From: Eledone cirrhosa
Lineage: Eukaryota
Length of the DNA: 64,000 bases
Assembly: GCA_964016885.1 (NCBI GenBank)
Contig: OZ024745.1
Location: 43,772,001 to 43,836,000, forward strand
Direction of reading: 5' to 3'
The notes under the pieces are model-generated. The model did no database searches. It was not told the DNA's origin and saw only the letters and a list, made by a program, of their open reading frames with translations. Shown one piece after another: positions 1 to 12,553 of this stretch. The translations under genes and the position numbers were made by a program. The first letter of the stretch is position 1, and each line of letters begins with the position of its first letter.

Positions 1-850
1 ATTTAAATTGGAACCTTTTAAAATGAATGATTTTGGTTTCATAGAACCAGAACAGGTTTTGGGTGTGTTGGTATCAAGAGAATTAACTAAAAACATCATT
101 CCAGCCTTTTTATCCATTTACCAGGTGCTTCGTCATCATAATACATGACTTCCATGAAATTATTTTCTTCATCATAATACATTATTTCTATTGAACTTTT
201 CTCTTTTCATTCCAGTCATAATTACATTACACTCCCATTTTGTATAAAAATTGAATTCAATCATTTTTCTTTTTTATTATTAATTGGCATTAACATGAAA
301 TTTGACTAAACCACTTTCTTTCCATTTGCAGCAAAAATTACAAAAGGAATTGGAAGTTTAGTAAACATATAAAAGTTGGGAAACAGTTTATGAAGAGGAA
401 GCCAAGAAAGATGAAAAGTTATATATATAAACTTCCTTAAATGTTTGAAACCATGCATCAATACATGTACTTCAGGAAGCAAAGAAAAAAAAACCTACTT
501 ATGGAGGTTTGAAATTTGAGGGGTTTTTTTTTTTATAAAGATGGCAATTAATTTTCACTCATAGCAACATTTCCATAAATAGAGCTAATGTAGGCTCAAG
601 CAAAACCACTTCATTAATTGTTTTTCTTTCTGCTATGAATTTATAAGAATTTGACTTCCCAGAGTTAATTGGTTGACAAATTTTGGAAATGGTTAGTCTT
701 CTTTTTAATTCAAAAAAACATGCTATATAATTAATATTTCTAAAAATAAACATTCTGCATCAAAATCTGGATTACTCCCACATCTATAGTGTTTATTAAC
801 AGCAACTCATAAGCCGTTGTTCCATCTTCCTTTCCTTCACCAAACATTCT

Positions 851-1061
851 TTAACCCTTTAGCATTTACATTACTCTATATGTACTAATGTATTTTCACA
901 GTTAAGGCTTTATCTCACATAATATTGAATCTGAGATTTTGATATTTATTTTGAGAACAATACCTTAACATCAGTATGAGCGGCTAGTTATGGCTGGTTT
1001 GAACAGAAAGAGGCGAGAGAATGTTGGCCAGATACAGCTGGTTTAAATGCTAAGGGGTTAA
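851..1061 (+). mobile_element. TTAA-flanked (piggyBac-type) MITE family A, copy 1
   Basis: TTAA-CCCTTTAGCATTTA...TAAATGCTAAGGGG-TTAA; interior shared with four other copies. Confidence 0.88.
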
Positions 1062-1189
1062 ATCAAGACTGTTTTAGAAAAAAGCCATGAATCAATCTGC
1101 TAAACATCACTTTAGTACATCAATATTTGTAGACTTGGGTGCACTTTTGATTCTACCAACCATTTACTAATATGCAAATCACCATCACA

Positions 1190-1462
1190 ATATAACATCT
1201 ATTTTCTATGCTTGCATGGGTTATACAGGCTGTTGCTTGCTGAAGCCAGACCAGTCAGGTGACCATATTCAGCTCATATACTCCATTTTGGTTTGGTTTC
1301 TATGGCTGGATGCCGTTCCTAACATCAATCACTTTACAGCATGTACTAGAAGCATTTTATCGTGACTCCAGCATTACCACTTTACAGGGTGGACTGTGTG
1401 CTTTTCATCATAACACCAGCACTACCACCTTACAGGGTGGACTATGTGCTTTTGTCATGGCA
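1190..1462 (-). mobile_element. RTE-tailed SINE-like element with three 48-bp modules
   Basis: Modules start at 1331, 1379 and 1427 (AC(T/C)TTACAG). Reverse complement of the AGGAAGGGCATCCAGCC and AACCCATGCAAGCAT-type motifs is present. Confidence 0.75.
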
Positions 1463-2399
1463 AAATAACTTCCAACTTACATATATTCTGCACCAAAACA
1501 ATTTTCATCCATTATTCCTAACCTACCTTGCATTGAGGCTATCTACCTCAACTATCTCAAATGTCATTACCTTCACCAATTTCAATATGTACAATTCCTT
1601 TTGGCTCTCCTCCTCATATAGAAACCACTGCTGCAGACAAAATTGTTTGCCATTCTGAACTGTCTGCATTCATTTGTCTTCTCATAGACTTACATCCTTG
1701 ACTGACACCACAACACTCCAAACACAACCTTGGACCAGCCATTATCTATTTACCACTCAATCATCTAATCAGTGCCTAATCAAAGCAACACCCTTTACCT
1801 TATTCTTTAATGCACAATCTTTGCCTCACCCCAACCCTCAGGTACTTGAAGTCATCTAATAAGGCAACCACTGCCAATTCTGTACAGATTACACTTCATA
1901 TCAAATGTGCTCCTCCTCTGCTCAAACAATAACTCTTGCTCTTTATGCTCTTCCACATCTTGCTGATGCAATCAGAGCCCAAGAAGTGATAGTGTCCTTT
2001 CAATTGCCTTCAAATACACTGCAGAACTTATCTCTTATCCTCACCAAACTATCTAATCTTCCTCTCAGATATATCCCAATGGAAACTTGTTAGTGTATCC
2101 TATTCCTTCAAAAAACATCTCTAATTGTAAAAGTGAAACACCTGAAAAAAATCAAGTCCTCCATCACCTTGAATCTCTATCTTCTTATTGACTACCAGTT
2201 CAGTTTCCATAGAGATAGATATATTGAAGGCTTGCTGTATTTACTCACATGTGGTCTCTCATTCTTCAGAAGTGTGGTGAAAGCAATTTTGTTGTCTTTT
2301 GATCTTGTGAGACAACTTCCTAGTTAAGCTTCTCACCTAAAATGTTCATCCATCTCATAAATCAGAAGTTTCTAGTTAAACTGATAAATATTAATATGT

Positions 2400-2862
2400 A
2401 TGTAAAATGGATGATTGTATGATGCCTGTATGTGAAGTGCAATGCTGCATGGTAGTGAAACATGGGCAGAGAATGCAGAGGACATGCATAGACTGGAGAG
2501 AAATGAAACAACCATGCTTCATTGGAAGTGCAATGTAAATGTGAGAGAAAGGCAGAGCTTGGATGAAATAAGGGAGAAGCTGGGTTTAAGAGGAATCTGA
2601 AGTGGTGTGCAGGAGAGAACACTGCATTGGTACGGACATGTGATGCGCATGGATGATGATCATTGGGTGAAGAAGTACCAGGAAATCCTAGTGGAAGAAG
2701 CCGCAGTAGAGATAAACCAGAGGTAGTAAGAGCTGATCTCAAATCACAGAGAGTGAGAGGAGGTGACGAAGGCAGACAGCAAGTGGAGGGATGTCGTGCT
2801 GAGAAGGTCCCATCCAACCCATGTAAGTGTGGAAAAACTAACGAAAAAACTTATTATGATAT
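2400..2862 (+). mobile_element. RTE-clade LINE 3' remnant
   Basis: Degenerate REKLGLRGI*SGVQERTLHWYGHVMRMDDDHWVKK (RTE RLRWFGHVxRM motif), followed by a CCAACCCATG...GGAAAA tail. Confidence 0.8.
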
Positions 2863-4249
2863 ATCTAATGTTCAATTATGATTCCTACACTTTTCCTTCT
2901 TTAGCAAAAAATATCTAACTGGTTAGTTAACTCAAATGTTTATATAGTATTTTTATTAGTGCACAAATTGTGAAAAATTGCAGTAAACTAAAGTAATGAG
3001 TTTAATTTTTAATTAGATAGTAATGGTGCTGTTTTGTACTTTTTGAAAAATGTCTTGCCAATGTGGTTTCATGCAGTACTGGACATTAAGAGTTAAAGTG
3101 AATCTCATGAAGTGTGATATCATCTATAGAGGATATCAATCACCCTTCTACTCACAAGTTATCAACATGCAACCAGGACACATCATATTAGACATGCACT
3201 GCTTCAAAGAATAGGTACCTCAAAAACATGTGAGGAGAGGCATGGCAGCCACAATTGCTACACAAATCAAAGAAACAGGTGTTGCATTACATCCTCCATA
3301 CACAAACTAAGCCCTTCAAATACAAATACTAAGGCCTCACAATTTCTTATCTCACATGACAACCTGACATATAACATTAACAAATCTACAGCCAATGATT
3401 AGGTTTCCTATTTAATACAATACCATCATCATCATTTAACATGTCTGCTCCACTAGGAAGGGTTGGATAGGTTTTTGCAGACCAAGTCAGTACTCAAACA
3501 GAGCTAGTGGCCTCTCAGGTGGGCTGGGGAGGAGGTGGGCAACATCTCACATACATTCCCATGCTCTACCAAATACATTTTATTATGGCACCAGCACAGA
3601 TGAAAGCCCTCCTGACCTTTTGTCAGGTTAGTTTTTTATGGATGGATGTCTTTCTATCACCAACCACTTTACAGAGTGTACTGAGTGCATTTATTGTGAA
3701 CATCATTAACACTAAGGAAATTATCATGTTCTTGACACGAATTACTTTAACTGATCAGTTGCTGATATACAGCAGAGGGCTGCTCACATAACTATGTCAG
3801 TGGTGACACAAACATCTTAAAAGACAATCATTAGCCAAGAAAACACAGCTTTTTGATCTGCTCCTCCGAACAAGCTGCATGCCACCTCTCTCTTCATCAT
3901 TCTCATTATCTTGTCCAAAGCTGACACTAAACTATTTGCTGAATCACTCTTCTCTGTCCATGTTTGTTTCTACATCAAACTAAAAAAGTTCAGGCTTCTA
4001 TGAAGTTGGTTGACCTGCAAGAAATCAGCCAAATCCTCCTCAAATCCCACTAGTGTCTTAATAAATGGAAGGGCTTACTGAATAATATAATCTTGGATAT
4101 ATTGTGTGAAAAACATAAGATGATCATTGCTGCAATACCTTTTTAACAGTTTTGCTTTATCAAAGTTGACCTGGGTCTAAACAATAGAAGTGGACATCTT
4201 TTTGCCAATGTCCAGAGGTAAAAGTGGTAAGTAGTAGAGTGGAACCTAT

Positions 4250-4790
4250 GCAGACAACCTTTCAGAGTGAAGTTTGAGTAGAGAATGTATTCTGTACAGC
4301 AGACATGGACTATATATAGATAAAAGCTGAAATTTATTTCTTGAAGAGAAATAGGATGTTAGGTTTGTGTAAGTACGAAGTGATATGTGGAGTCAATGTT
4401 GAACTAGAGTGTACTGATGTTAGAGGAATGGAGTGAGAATTGTCCAGTGTGTTTAGTTTCAGATTTTGACATCCATGGAAGTGTAAAAAGTGCCATTGTA
4501 TTGCGAGGTAACATCATGCCAAGAGCTTGGTCTGAATGCTTGCAACAGAGCAAACACTGTTAAAGGCATCCATGGGCCAGGTGTTGATGTTAAATTGAAC
4601 AACAAGATGTACTTGCCAACCTTGCAAGAAAAAGGAAAGAAAAGTGTGATAGTAGTGGGTCTATTGATATTTGGAACAAAGTACCACAAATAACATTTGG
4701 AACCATCTTCAAAAATGGAATTCAAATTTTTAAAATCTGAGTGCACAAACGCCTTGTCATTCTTCTTCAGCAATGCAGTGAATTATAGAC
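4250..4790 (+). mobile_element. CR1/L2-group LINE 3' remnant
   Basis: Frame reading SIDIWNKVPQITFGTIFKNGIQIFKI*VHKRL resembles the WNxLP...FK C-terminus of CR1/L2 ORF2. 5' limit approximate. Confidence 0.55.
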
Positions 4791-4848
4791 TAACCCCTTC
4801 TAGCCCTCTTACAAAATATAATGAAGAAAAAAAAAAAAATCTACTTAC

Positions 4849-4876
4849 GTGCATAGAATGGACTGATCTTCTCGAT
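4849..4876 (-). CDS. zip: Non-muscle myosin II heavy chain, 28-nt microexon (D)REDQSILC(T)
   Basis: Minus strand TCTTTTCCCCACAG|ATCGAGAAGATCAGTCCATTCTATGCAC|GTAAGT. It completes the G|AT codon (Asp) from the 157-nt exon and gives the residues that precede GESGAGKT in myosin II. Confidence 0.95.
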
Positions 4877-6954
4877 CTGTGGGGAAAAGAAGTATTGTCA
4901 GTTAAATGTATATTATACTACTGTACAAAATTATATACATTATACATGAAAAGAAAAAAATTAGATGAAATTAAAATGAATGGTAAAAGAGAAATCAGTA
5001 TCACACAAACTTAACACATAATTAATATTAAATACTGAAGGACAAACTTCATATCTAGTCTCACTAATACTTAAAAGATTGATATTATTTTAAGGTTAGC
5101 AATTTCCCTGATCAGCATTTAATATTGCTAAGTGCTGGAATAAAAATAAGCTTAGGAATTTGCTTATATAGTCTAGATAATTTTCATTAAAATAGTTGAT
5201 AGAGTATTAAATTTAGAATTATATTAACTTCTAAAATTATAAAAACAGAAATGAAATAGGACCAAAAACCTAAGTGGCAAAATATGGAGTAGGGTTCAAT
5301 TTACACTTGATCAATTTTCTTTTTATATCATGTTCTGTCAGTACACAGACTCCCAATACAAGTACAGCAGCAGTAGGTAAAATAGTAACGCACCAGCTAA
5401 CTATATTAGACTATTCTCCTTTGTCTCACTAGATCCAGAATTCTTGCTGATACCTAACTTCAAGTTTTATCTTACCAGGAGAATAATTTAATATTTGTAA
5501 AATTATTGAAGTTAATTCAATTGAATTACCCCTTTATATATATGGGGGGGGGGGAGATATTTAAAAAAAAATGTAATTAGAAATATATTAATTGAAAGTT
5601 AGATAGTGTAAGTGTAGAGATGAGAAACTATATATTAACAGTTTCTAGTGAATAAAAATCTTTCCACATTTATTGATATTCTTAGCATCACCTACAACTT
5701 ATTTCTAAAATCTTATTCACAAACAAACACACATGCGCATGCATGCATGCATGCATGCGCACACTGAAAAATTTTATCTCGTTTTACAAGTGATTCCTAA
5801 TTACACACTATCTACGAACTACTAGCAGACATGAATGGGATTCTGAAATGACACTCAAGAGCAGTACTAGTAGTTGGTTTCAACTGCAGGTTTACAGAAT
5901 TATATCGTGTCTGTTCTCTAAAAATAACATCAGTCTACCTAATATCAGTTGACAAAATCAAGCAGTAAGTGAAGTCACCTACATATACTTATCTAAAGAT
6001 GTAATCATTATTTAATCAGTATTGTCTTCAATTGTAAGTAATTTTGTTCAACTAATCAAGAACAATTTTACTATATTTGTTTTATTGACCACAAAGGGTT
6101 ATTTTCTATTTTCTTTTAAAAGTTGAGTTGAAGTTCTATTTTTAAAGTCTGAGCCATACTATAGCTAAATTATTTATAGCAAGGTGCTTGCTTGAGCTTA
6201 TGGTAGGAGGATAATAATTCTCAATCACAGGTTTATCTACTAATTAATGTAGTTTAAGCCCAGGTCAGCTCTGATTGAACAGGCCTAGAATCAAGACATT
6301 CCAGTCATGACCATCTTTTTGGAGGGGGGGGGGAATACATAATCTGATGTGTTCTTCCCTTTTATTAAGATCCTGGGTAGGGTTTAACTTGAGGGAGATG
6401 TGACTCAATTATAGCAGGCCAAGAGATCAGGTAGAAATTCCCTTGTTAGTTTGAATTACTAGCATACACACAATGAGAATAAAGGACTTGCACACTATTG
6501 ACATTGACAATGCTGCCATCATTCCAGCAGATAACATTACTAGTATAATTAAGCTTATCCATATAAGTATTATTTAATTTATGAGAAACCAGTTGATTTT
6601 CATATTTCAAATAATCTAAATCAAACAAAGCAAATTCATAAATTCATTAGAAATGTTATTTTAGAATATGATTCAGTTGAATACTGTAACAGTTCAAATC
6701 TATAAAAACTTATTAACCATATGTTAAACCTTCTGGCTGTGCCACATACATTAATTCTTAACATCTTGTTATGATTTAGCAGAAAATGCTTAAAAACAAT
6801 TGTATTAATTCAAATATTTATAGTATATATACTAGTGGATAGATCATTGTAAAAAATGTACAATATTAGACTTCAATTATTTTATATGATGCAGTCACTG
6901 TGTTGATTTGTACTTTCATGCAGTACAGGAGATCAATAGTTAAGTAGCTACTCT

Positions 6955-7075
6955 TAGGCAAGGATGTAGCATGGCCGAATAGTTAAGAAGTTTGCTTCGC
7001 AATCATTAGATCCCTAGATGGATCCCATTGTGTAGCACTTAGAGTAAGTGGGATTTACCATAGCCTTGGTACACT
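6955..7075 (+). mobile_element. tRNA(Arg)-like-headed CORE-type SINE, degenerate
   Basis: A-box-like TGGCCGAATAG, anticodon-loop-like CTTCGCA, decayed B box. Related copies at about 42055-42200, 44567-44700, 46113-46230 and 51720-51862. Confidence 0.6.
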
Positions 7076-7217
7076 TACTATTACACAAATAAAAAATATT
7101 GACAGAACAGCAATGATATAAAAAAAATAAAAAAAAATTAATGACCACAAGAAAAAAATTTCTATACACCATGTATCAATCAGTATATTGAATAATGAGA
7201 GATAACAATGAAGCACA

Positions 7218-7690
7218 TACAAGGTCTATCGAAAAAGTATTAGACTTTTTTTTTTTCATGGGTAGTAATGATATCAAGAGACCAAAGTTGAAGAGTGGAG
7301 CTGCATACATTCATCTGCATGCATGGCTTGACAATGCCCTGGTTCATGTGTCACAGCGTGATCCAAGGTTTCTTGGCAAAGAAAGGAAATTCCCTTGTTC
7401 ACCAGGCTCCCCACTCTCCAGACATGGCTCCTTCTGACTTCTAGTTGTTTCCAAAAATGAAGATGCCAGTGAAAGGATTCTACTTTAAGAGCTAAGAGGA
7501 CATCATGTGGACAGTAACAGCAGAGCTGAGAGCCATCATGGAAGAAGAATTCCAGACATGTGGAAAGTTAAATGGGCTGTGTAGAGGCTCAAGGGGGCTG
7601 CATGGAAGGGGATTAGCAATTGAAACCCACCAAATACATAATTCTTTTCTCAGCCTAAAGTCAGATACTTTTACACAAGACTTCAAAGTA
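7218..7690 (+). mobile_element. Internally deleted mariner relic
   Basis: Left end TA-CAAGGTCTATCGAAAAAGTATTAGACTTT with a degenerate inverted copy AAAGTCAGATACTTTTACACAAGACTT. Interior encodes DNALVH, QAPHSPDMAPSDF*LFPKMK and CVEAQGGCMEGD*. Confidence 0.85.
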
Positions 7691-8178
7691 TAAATTTAAC
7701 TGGTTTTAAAACTAGTAATTGTCTTATATGCTAAATTTAAGATTTGAAACATACAATAATATAGGTTGCCATTCTAAATTTTATACTCAAATTTAAGATG
7801 ACCAATACCTTCTCTCATATTTAGGATGAGATTTTTCTGAAGTTGTGAAGATCATATTACATGTTAAAAATGTGTCATTGAATCAGTATTGACTACTGTT
7901 TATTCTACTGATGAAACCTTGACAAAATCTCAGAAAAAGCTACACAGGTGTGGTTTCCTGCACTGCTAGCTGATAAAATATCAGTTACAGTGTGACTACT
8001 TACAGCAATAAGATATACCACCATATGATACCCATTTGAACTAGGAGGAATTAGGTCATTAAGAATTAAGTGTCATTGCTAGGGACATCAGTAACAAGAT
8101 ATGAACAGTTGTCACTTCAATCAACTCGGTCTACTCTAACAAAAAGAAGAAAGAAAGAACTCAGTTTCTATGCTGGAT

Positions 8179-8350
8179 ATAGGGTCGGACGCCATGCTTT
8201 GACGCATAGAGTTACGCCCCTTGCCATTCTGAGTTCAAATCCCGTCGAGGTTAACTTTGCCTTTCATCCTAACGGTGGTCGATAAAATAAAGTACCAGTA
8301 ATACACTGGGATAATTGCTGGCCTTGTGCCTATTGTAGAAACAATTATTA
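8179..8350 (+). mobile_element. Young tRNA-derived SINE (family Y)
   Basis: B box GAGTTCAAATCC, central GCCTTTCATCC...GTCGATAAAATAAAGTACCAG, tail GTAGAAACAATTATT; near-identical to the copies at 10559 and 50895. Confidence 0.9.
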
Positions 8351-8379
8351 TATGTGAATGACTGCACACAAATCAAAAC

Positions 8380-8555
8380 ATGAAGAGAGTAAGAATTGTA
8401 TAAGAAAAGTGCCAAGAGCTTACAGTGGATGAAACCTGAGTAAGAGAGAGACCTAGGAAGATATGAGATGAAGTTATGAAGAATAACCTCCAGAAACTGA
8501 ACCTCGTGAAGAAGATGACACAAGACCGAGGTAAATGGCGATATGCCATAATACA
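8380..8555 (+). mobile_element. RTE LINE C-terminal fragment
   Basis: KCQELTVDET*VRERPRKI*DEVMKNNLQKLNLVKKMTQDRGKWRYAI matches the RGRPRKTW...DR..WR pattern. Confidence 0.7.
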
Positions 8556-8649
8556 GTAACTGCAGTGAGTGACCAGAAGCTACAGTGTTGGTTATCAAAA
8601 GGTGACAATATAAGGTTTGAGAGGACCTAGGCTGGATAAGCATGTGGCA

Positions 8650-9332
8650 ATCTTTAGTGCTGGTACCCTGATAAAATGCACCCAGTATACATTGTAAAAT
8701 GTTTGTTATTAGGAAGAGCATTCAGCCAAATATGAAATATATGGGTAAGACAGGTTGCCCCAAGCTGTCTAGTCCCAGATTATGACCTGTCCAACCTATG
8801 CCAGCATGCAAAGCTAAAGTAGAACGATATAACCATGTCAAAGAAAGGGATGAGAGGACTCTTCAGTTCTGTGAAAGACAATCTCTTTAGTGTTACTGAC
8901 ATGATAAAATGCACCCAATACACTTTGTAAAGTGGTAGGCTATAGAATGGGTATCTAGCCCTAAAAACTTGCCAAACAAGGGGTCAAGAGGACTTTTCAG
9001 TTGTGCCAAAGGCATATCAATCCCTCTGTTGTTTGCAACACAATAAAACGCATCCAATACACTAAAGTAGTTAGTGGCAGAAAGGGCACCCAGCCATAGA
9101 AAACTTGCCAAAGGATCAAGAGGACTCTTCAATTGTGTCAGAGACAAGACAACCTCCCTAATGATGATGCCACAAAAATGCACTTGGGGTAGTCTACAAA
9201 GAAAGTGTGGGAACACGAGATGCAGCCTCCAAGGCAATCTGAAAGACCAGTGAGTGATTAAATACTGACTTGGTCTGTGATGACTTGCCCAACCCTTGCT
9301 AGCAGGGAGAATAGATGTTAAATGACTGACAT
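8650..9332 (+). mobile_element. Cluster of RTE-tailed SINE-like elements with tandem internal units
   Basis: Repeated ATAAAATGCACCCA.TACA...GTAAAGTGGT, AAACTTGCCAAA and TCAAGAGGACTCTTCA units; two CCAACC..TGC.AGCA tails. Confidence 0.75.
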
Positions 9333-9656
9333 ATACAACACTAAATAGACATATGACTACAGTATTATTATCAGCATCACTGTATTAATAAGATAAATAA
9401 TAAGCCAAGTTCATTATATTAAAGAACCAGCCTAACAGTATAAAAAAATTTCCTTAAGTTATCCCCTATCACCTTATTGATGATAGATTCTGATCCGACA
9501 ATCTGAATCCTAAATTCTTAAGTATGAAGGATATATGGCCTATAGAAACCTTTATGAACATATTATATTTTGACTTAACATCCTCTAATGATTTAGCAGA
9601 ACTATAGAACAAATCTTTGTAACAGTTTGCACTTTAATTTTTAATGTGATGCAGTC

Positions 9657-9786
9657 ATATTGTTTCTACTTTTGGCACAAGGCCAGCAATTACCCAGTGT
9701 ATTACTGGTACTTTATTTTATCGACCCCGTAAGGATGAAAGGCAAAGTTAACCAGAACGGGATTTGAACTCAGACCATAAGGGGCC
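9657..9786 (-). mobile_element. SINE family Y, 5'-truncated
   Basis: Reverse complement of the central and tail parts of the 10559-10746 copy. Confidence 0.88.
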
Positions 9787-10354
9787 AATGCCATTTCATA
9801 CATTTCAGAATATTTTGCTAATACAGTTTGTGTTAAGAGTGAAATACCTTAATATATAAATAATCTTGTGTTTATTCCCAATACTCACCCCAAAAAAGTT
9901 TATTTAAAGATGCCCTCCCACTTCTATTCACAAGTTAAAAGGGGACAAACTTATTGTTATAAATATTCTCTTGTCGCAGTGTAAGTGAAATATATACTGC
10001 CCTGCACTAGCTCTAGGATAACTCCTCTACCTTCATTAACTAGTGTATTAGTTTCAGCTCCCAGCAAATACCTGCATTACTGCTATAGCAACTGTAGCAA
10101 TTGACAACTGATGAAATGCCTGTTATCTCAAATGATAAATATATAGCACGTAACAAACATTTCACTTATACACACAAAAGTATTACTAATTCCCACAAAA
10201 TCCAGAGACTCCTAGATTCTCTGCTCTTGTAGATTACTCACTTTTCATATTTTTAACTACCCTGCCTCATTTTACTAACCTGTATGGCTAACATTTTGAC
10301 TGGATCTATTTAAAGCAGATTTTTTTTTTTTTTTTACTATTTCCATTTTCTAGG

Positions 10355-10746
10355 GAAGTGAATTGTCAGGATTACTAGAGTGTCAGACAAAATGCTTTGT
10401 GGTATTTGGTTACAGCTTCTTAGATTCTGTGTTCAAATCCTGCAGAAATCAACTTTGCCTTTCATCCTTCTAGGGTCAATAAAATATAGTACCAGTTAAG
10501 TACTGGGATCAATTCAATTGACTTTCCCCTCCCCTCAAAATTTCTGGTCTTGTGTCTAGTGGATTGGCAGTATCGGTAGAGGGTCGGATGCCATGCTTTG
10601 ACGCATAGAGTTACGGCCCTTGCCATTCTGAGTTCAAATCCCGCCGAGGTTAACTTTGCCTTTCATCCTTATGGGGTCAATAAAATAAAGTACCAGTAAT
10701 ACACTGGGTAATTGCTGGCCTTGTGCCAAAAGTAGAAACAATTATT
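10355..10746 (+). mobile_element. Older SINE copy (10355-10558) followed directly by a full young family-Y copy (10559-10746)
   Basis: Two successive GTTCAAATCC...AACTTTGCCTTTCATCCTT...AGTACCAGT units; the second retains many CpGs. Confidence 0.9.
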
Positions 10747-11422
10747 TCTATATTCTTTATATAGAAAGATTTTGACAAATCTTGGGCACTGAACTTTGAT
10801 TCTTCAATAGATTCTTAAAGTGTCAGGATACAAAAAAGATCAGATTTTTTATTGATGGAACATGAGTATAAAAAAGAATATGTCAAGACTTGAGAAAAAT
10901 TGATTGCAAGTAATTAGAATTAAAATTATGATAAACAGAAAAACCTGTTACAAATTATTGTTAATGTTGTTGATTTGAACTAAAACATAAGACAGTATAC
11001 AGTGTTATATCTCATAGTAATTCACATCCCTAGTGACATTCCATATATTGAAGTAGTGACTACAATATAATTAGTAGGTATGAGTCTTAGTTATTGTAGA
11101 GCAGTGAGACACTAACTAGACATAGTACATTATAGAAGTTGAACTTATACATTCCTTATTTTTCTGTTAGCTAAATATCTTTTATTAAAATGAGCTATTG
11201 GTATTATAAAATAGTATTGCTGTTAACATACTTTTTACTTCTTTCAGTACATATAATAGGATCTGTGGGGGCCACAATTATCTTTGAATATGTATGTCAA
11301 TTTTCTTTTCCTTTTACAGGCAAATATATAATGTTAATTATATTCATTTAAAGTTTTGCAATAATATAGGACTACCATAACCTGTACCCAGTTTTAAAAA
11401 TTGGCTCCCAAAATAAGCTTAT

Positions 11423-11591
11423 TACCGTATATACTCAAATATAAGTTAACCTCCCCTATTTTATGTCTGAGAAATGGGCAAAAAATCTAAACCTCGTTTA
11501 TAAGCCAGATGGCAAATATAAGCTGACTCCTTATTTTACCATGAATATTTTGGTCACATATTCCTTGGCTTATATTTGAGTGTATATGGTA
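11423..11591. mobile_element. Tc1/mariner-superfamily (Tc2/pogo-like) MITE
   Basis: TA-CCGTATATACTCAAATATAAG...CTTATATTTGAGTGTATATGG-TA: 21-bp TIRs with 2 mismatches and a TA duplication. Confidence 0.85.
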
Positions 11592-11719
11592 AATTTTTTG
11601 TTTTCAGATAATCAATGTGTTGAATATTATTGAATATTCCACTCCAAGACCATCACCATTGAGAGAAAGAGAAAAAAAAAAATGGGTGGAAAAAATTAAA
11701 TGGAAAAAAAAAGGGGGAA

Positions 11720-12280
11720 GATAGGAGCAAACTCTACACCGACAAGATGCTGAAGACATTGTCTTGGAGAACAGCCATTCCCTCACACAGGGCTCCTTCC
11801 TTGGATGGGATGCACACATCCCAAATTTGTGGAGGAAAACAGCAGTCTGGGGACGGAAGACACCAAAAATCTCAACAGCAACTGACATGAAAAGGAAGAA
11901 GTCTTCTACTTCTCTACATTACAGGTAGCAGCATCCAGGTTTATGGCCAAAGCAACAAGGTTGGAACTGGAGAACATGTTGCAGCATGTGGCTGCCCCAG
12001 ATTAAAGATTTACCCTCCTCAAACAGGAAAAGGAATATCTTGTCAACGCTCTTTCTGATGAGCATAATTCGTGGCTGTATATTTAGGGAATCAACCTCCA
12101 CTGTGGCAACAAGAGAGCAGATGTAGTCTTAACTCGTTGACCATCACTCCATAATGGCATTTGTGTGGAGGCAAGCCAAGGTGCAGGCCACTCCAATGCA
12201 AGTGCACTCTACAAGAAGAGGGTAGCAAATTGAGCCATGCACTACTGTTTGGATGTGAAGAAGACTGGAGGCAGGCATAA
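11720..12280 (-). mobile_element. CRE-like (restriction-like endonuclease) non-LTR retrotransposon 3' remnant
   Basis: Frameshifted GLHLGLPPHKCHYGVMVNELRLHLLSCCHSGG (zinc-knuckle region), EGKSLIW and FMSVAVEIFGVFRPQTAVFLHKFG...EPCVREWLF, in the order expected for the RLE domain. Confidence 0.72.
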
Positions 12281-12509
12281 ATATTTTATTAACTTAAATA
12301 CAGTGGTAGTAGTATAGTTGACTAAGTAGATAAAACATTAGCAGAGAGGAAACAGCTTCAACTAACTGGCAACTGAGATTGCTTTCCTATCCACTGTCAT
12401 TGAAGTGTAACAGAAATGCTCTAAAAACATCCCAATGAATCAACAAGTTTCAAGCCTGTAATTTCAAGCCTGTAATTACATGGGCTACAAGAGGTTGTTC
12501 TCTATCAGT

Positions 12510-12553
<44 letters not shown>

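Noticed and set aside
12449-12478. Short perfect tandem duplications (also 36243-36276 and 30657-30705)
   Set aside because: Ordinary slippage duplications with no further structure.
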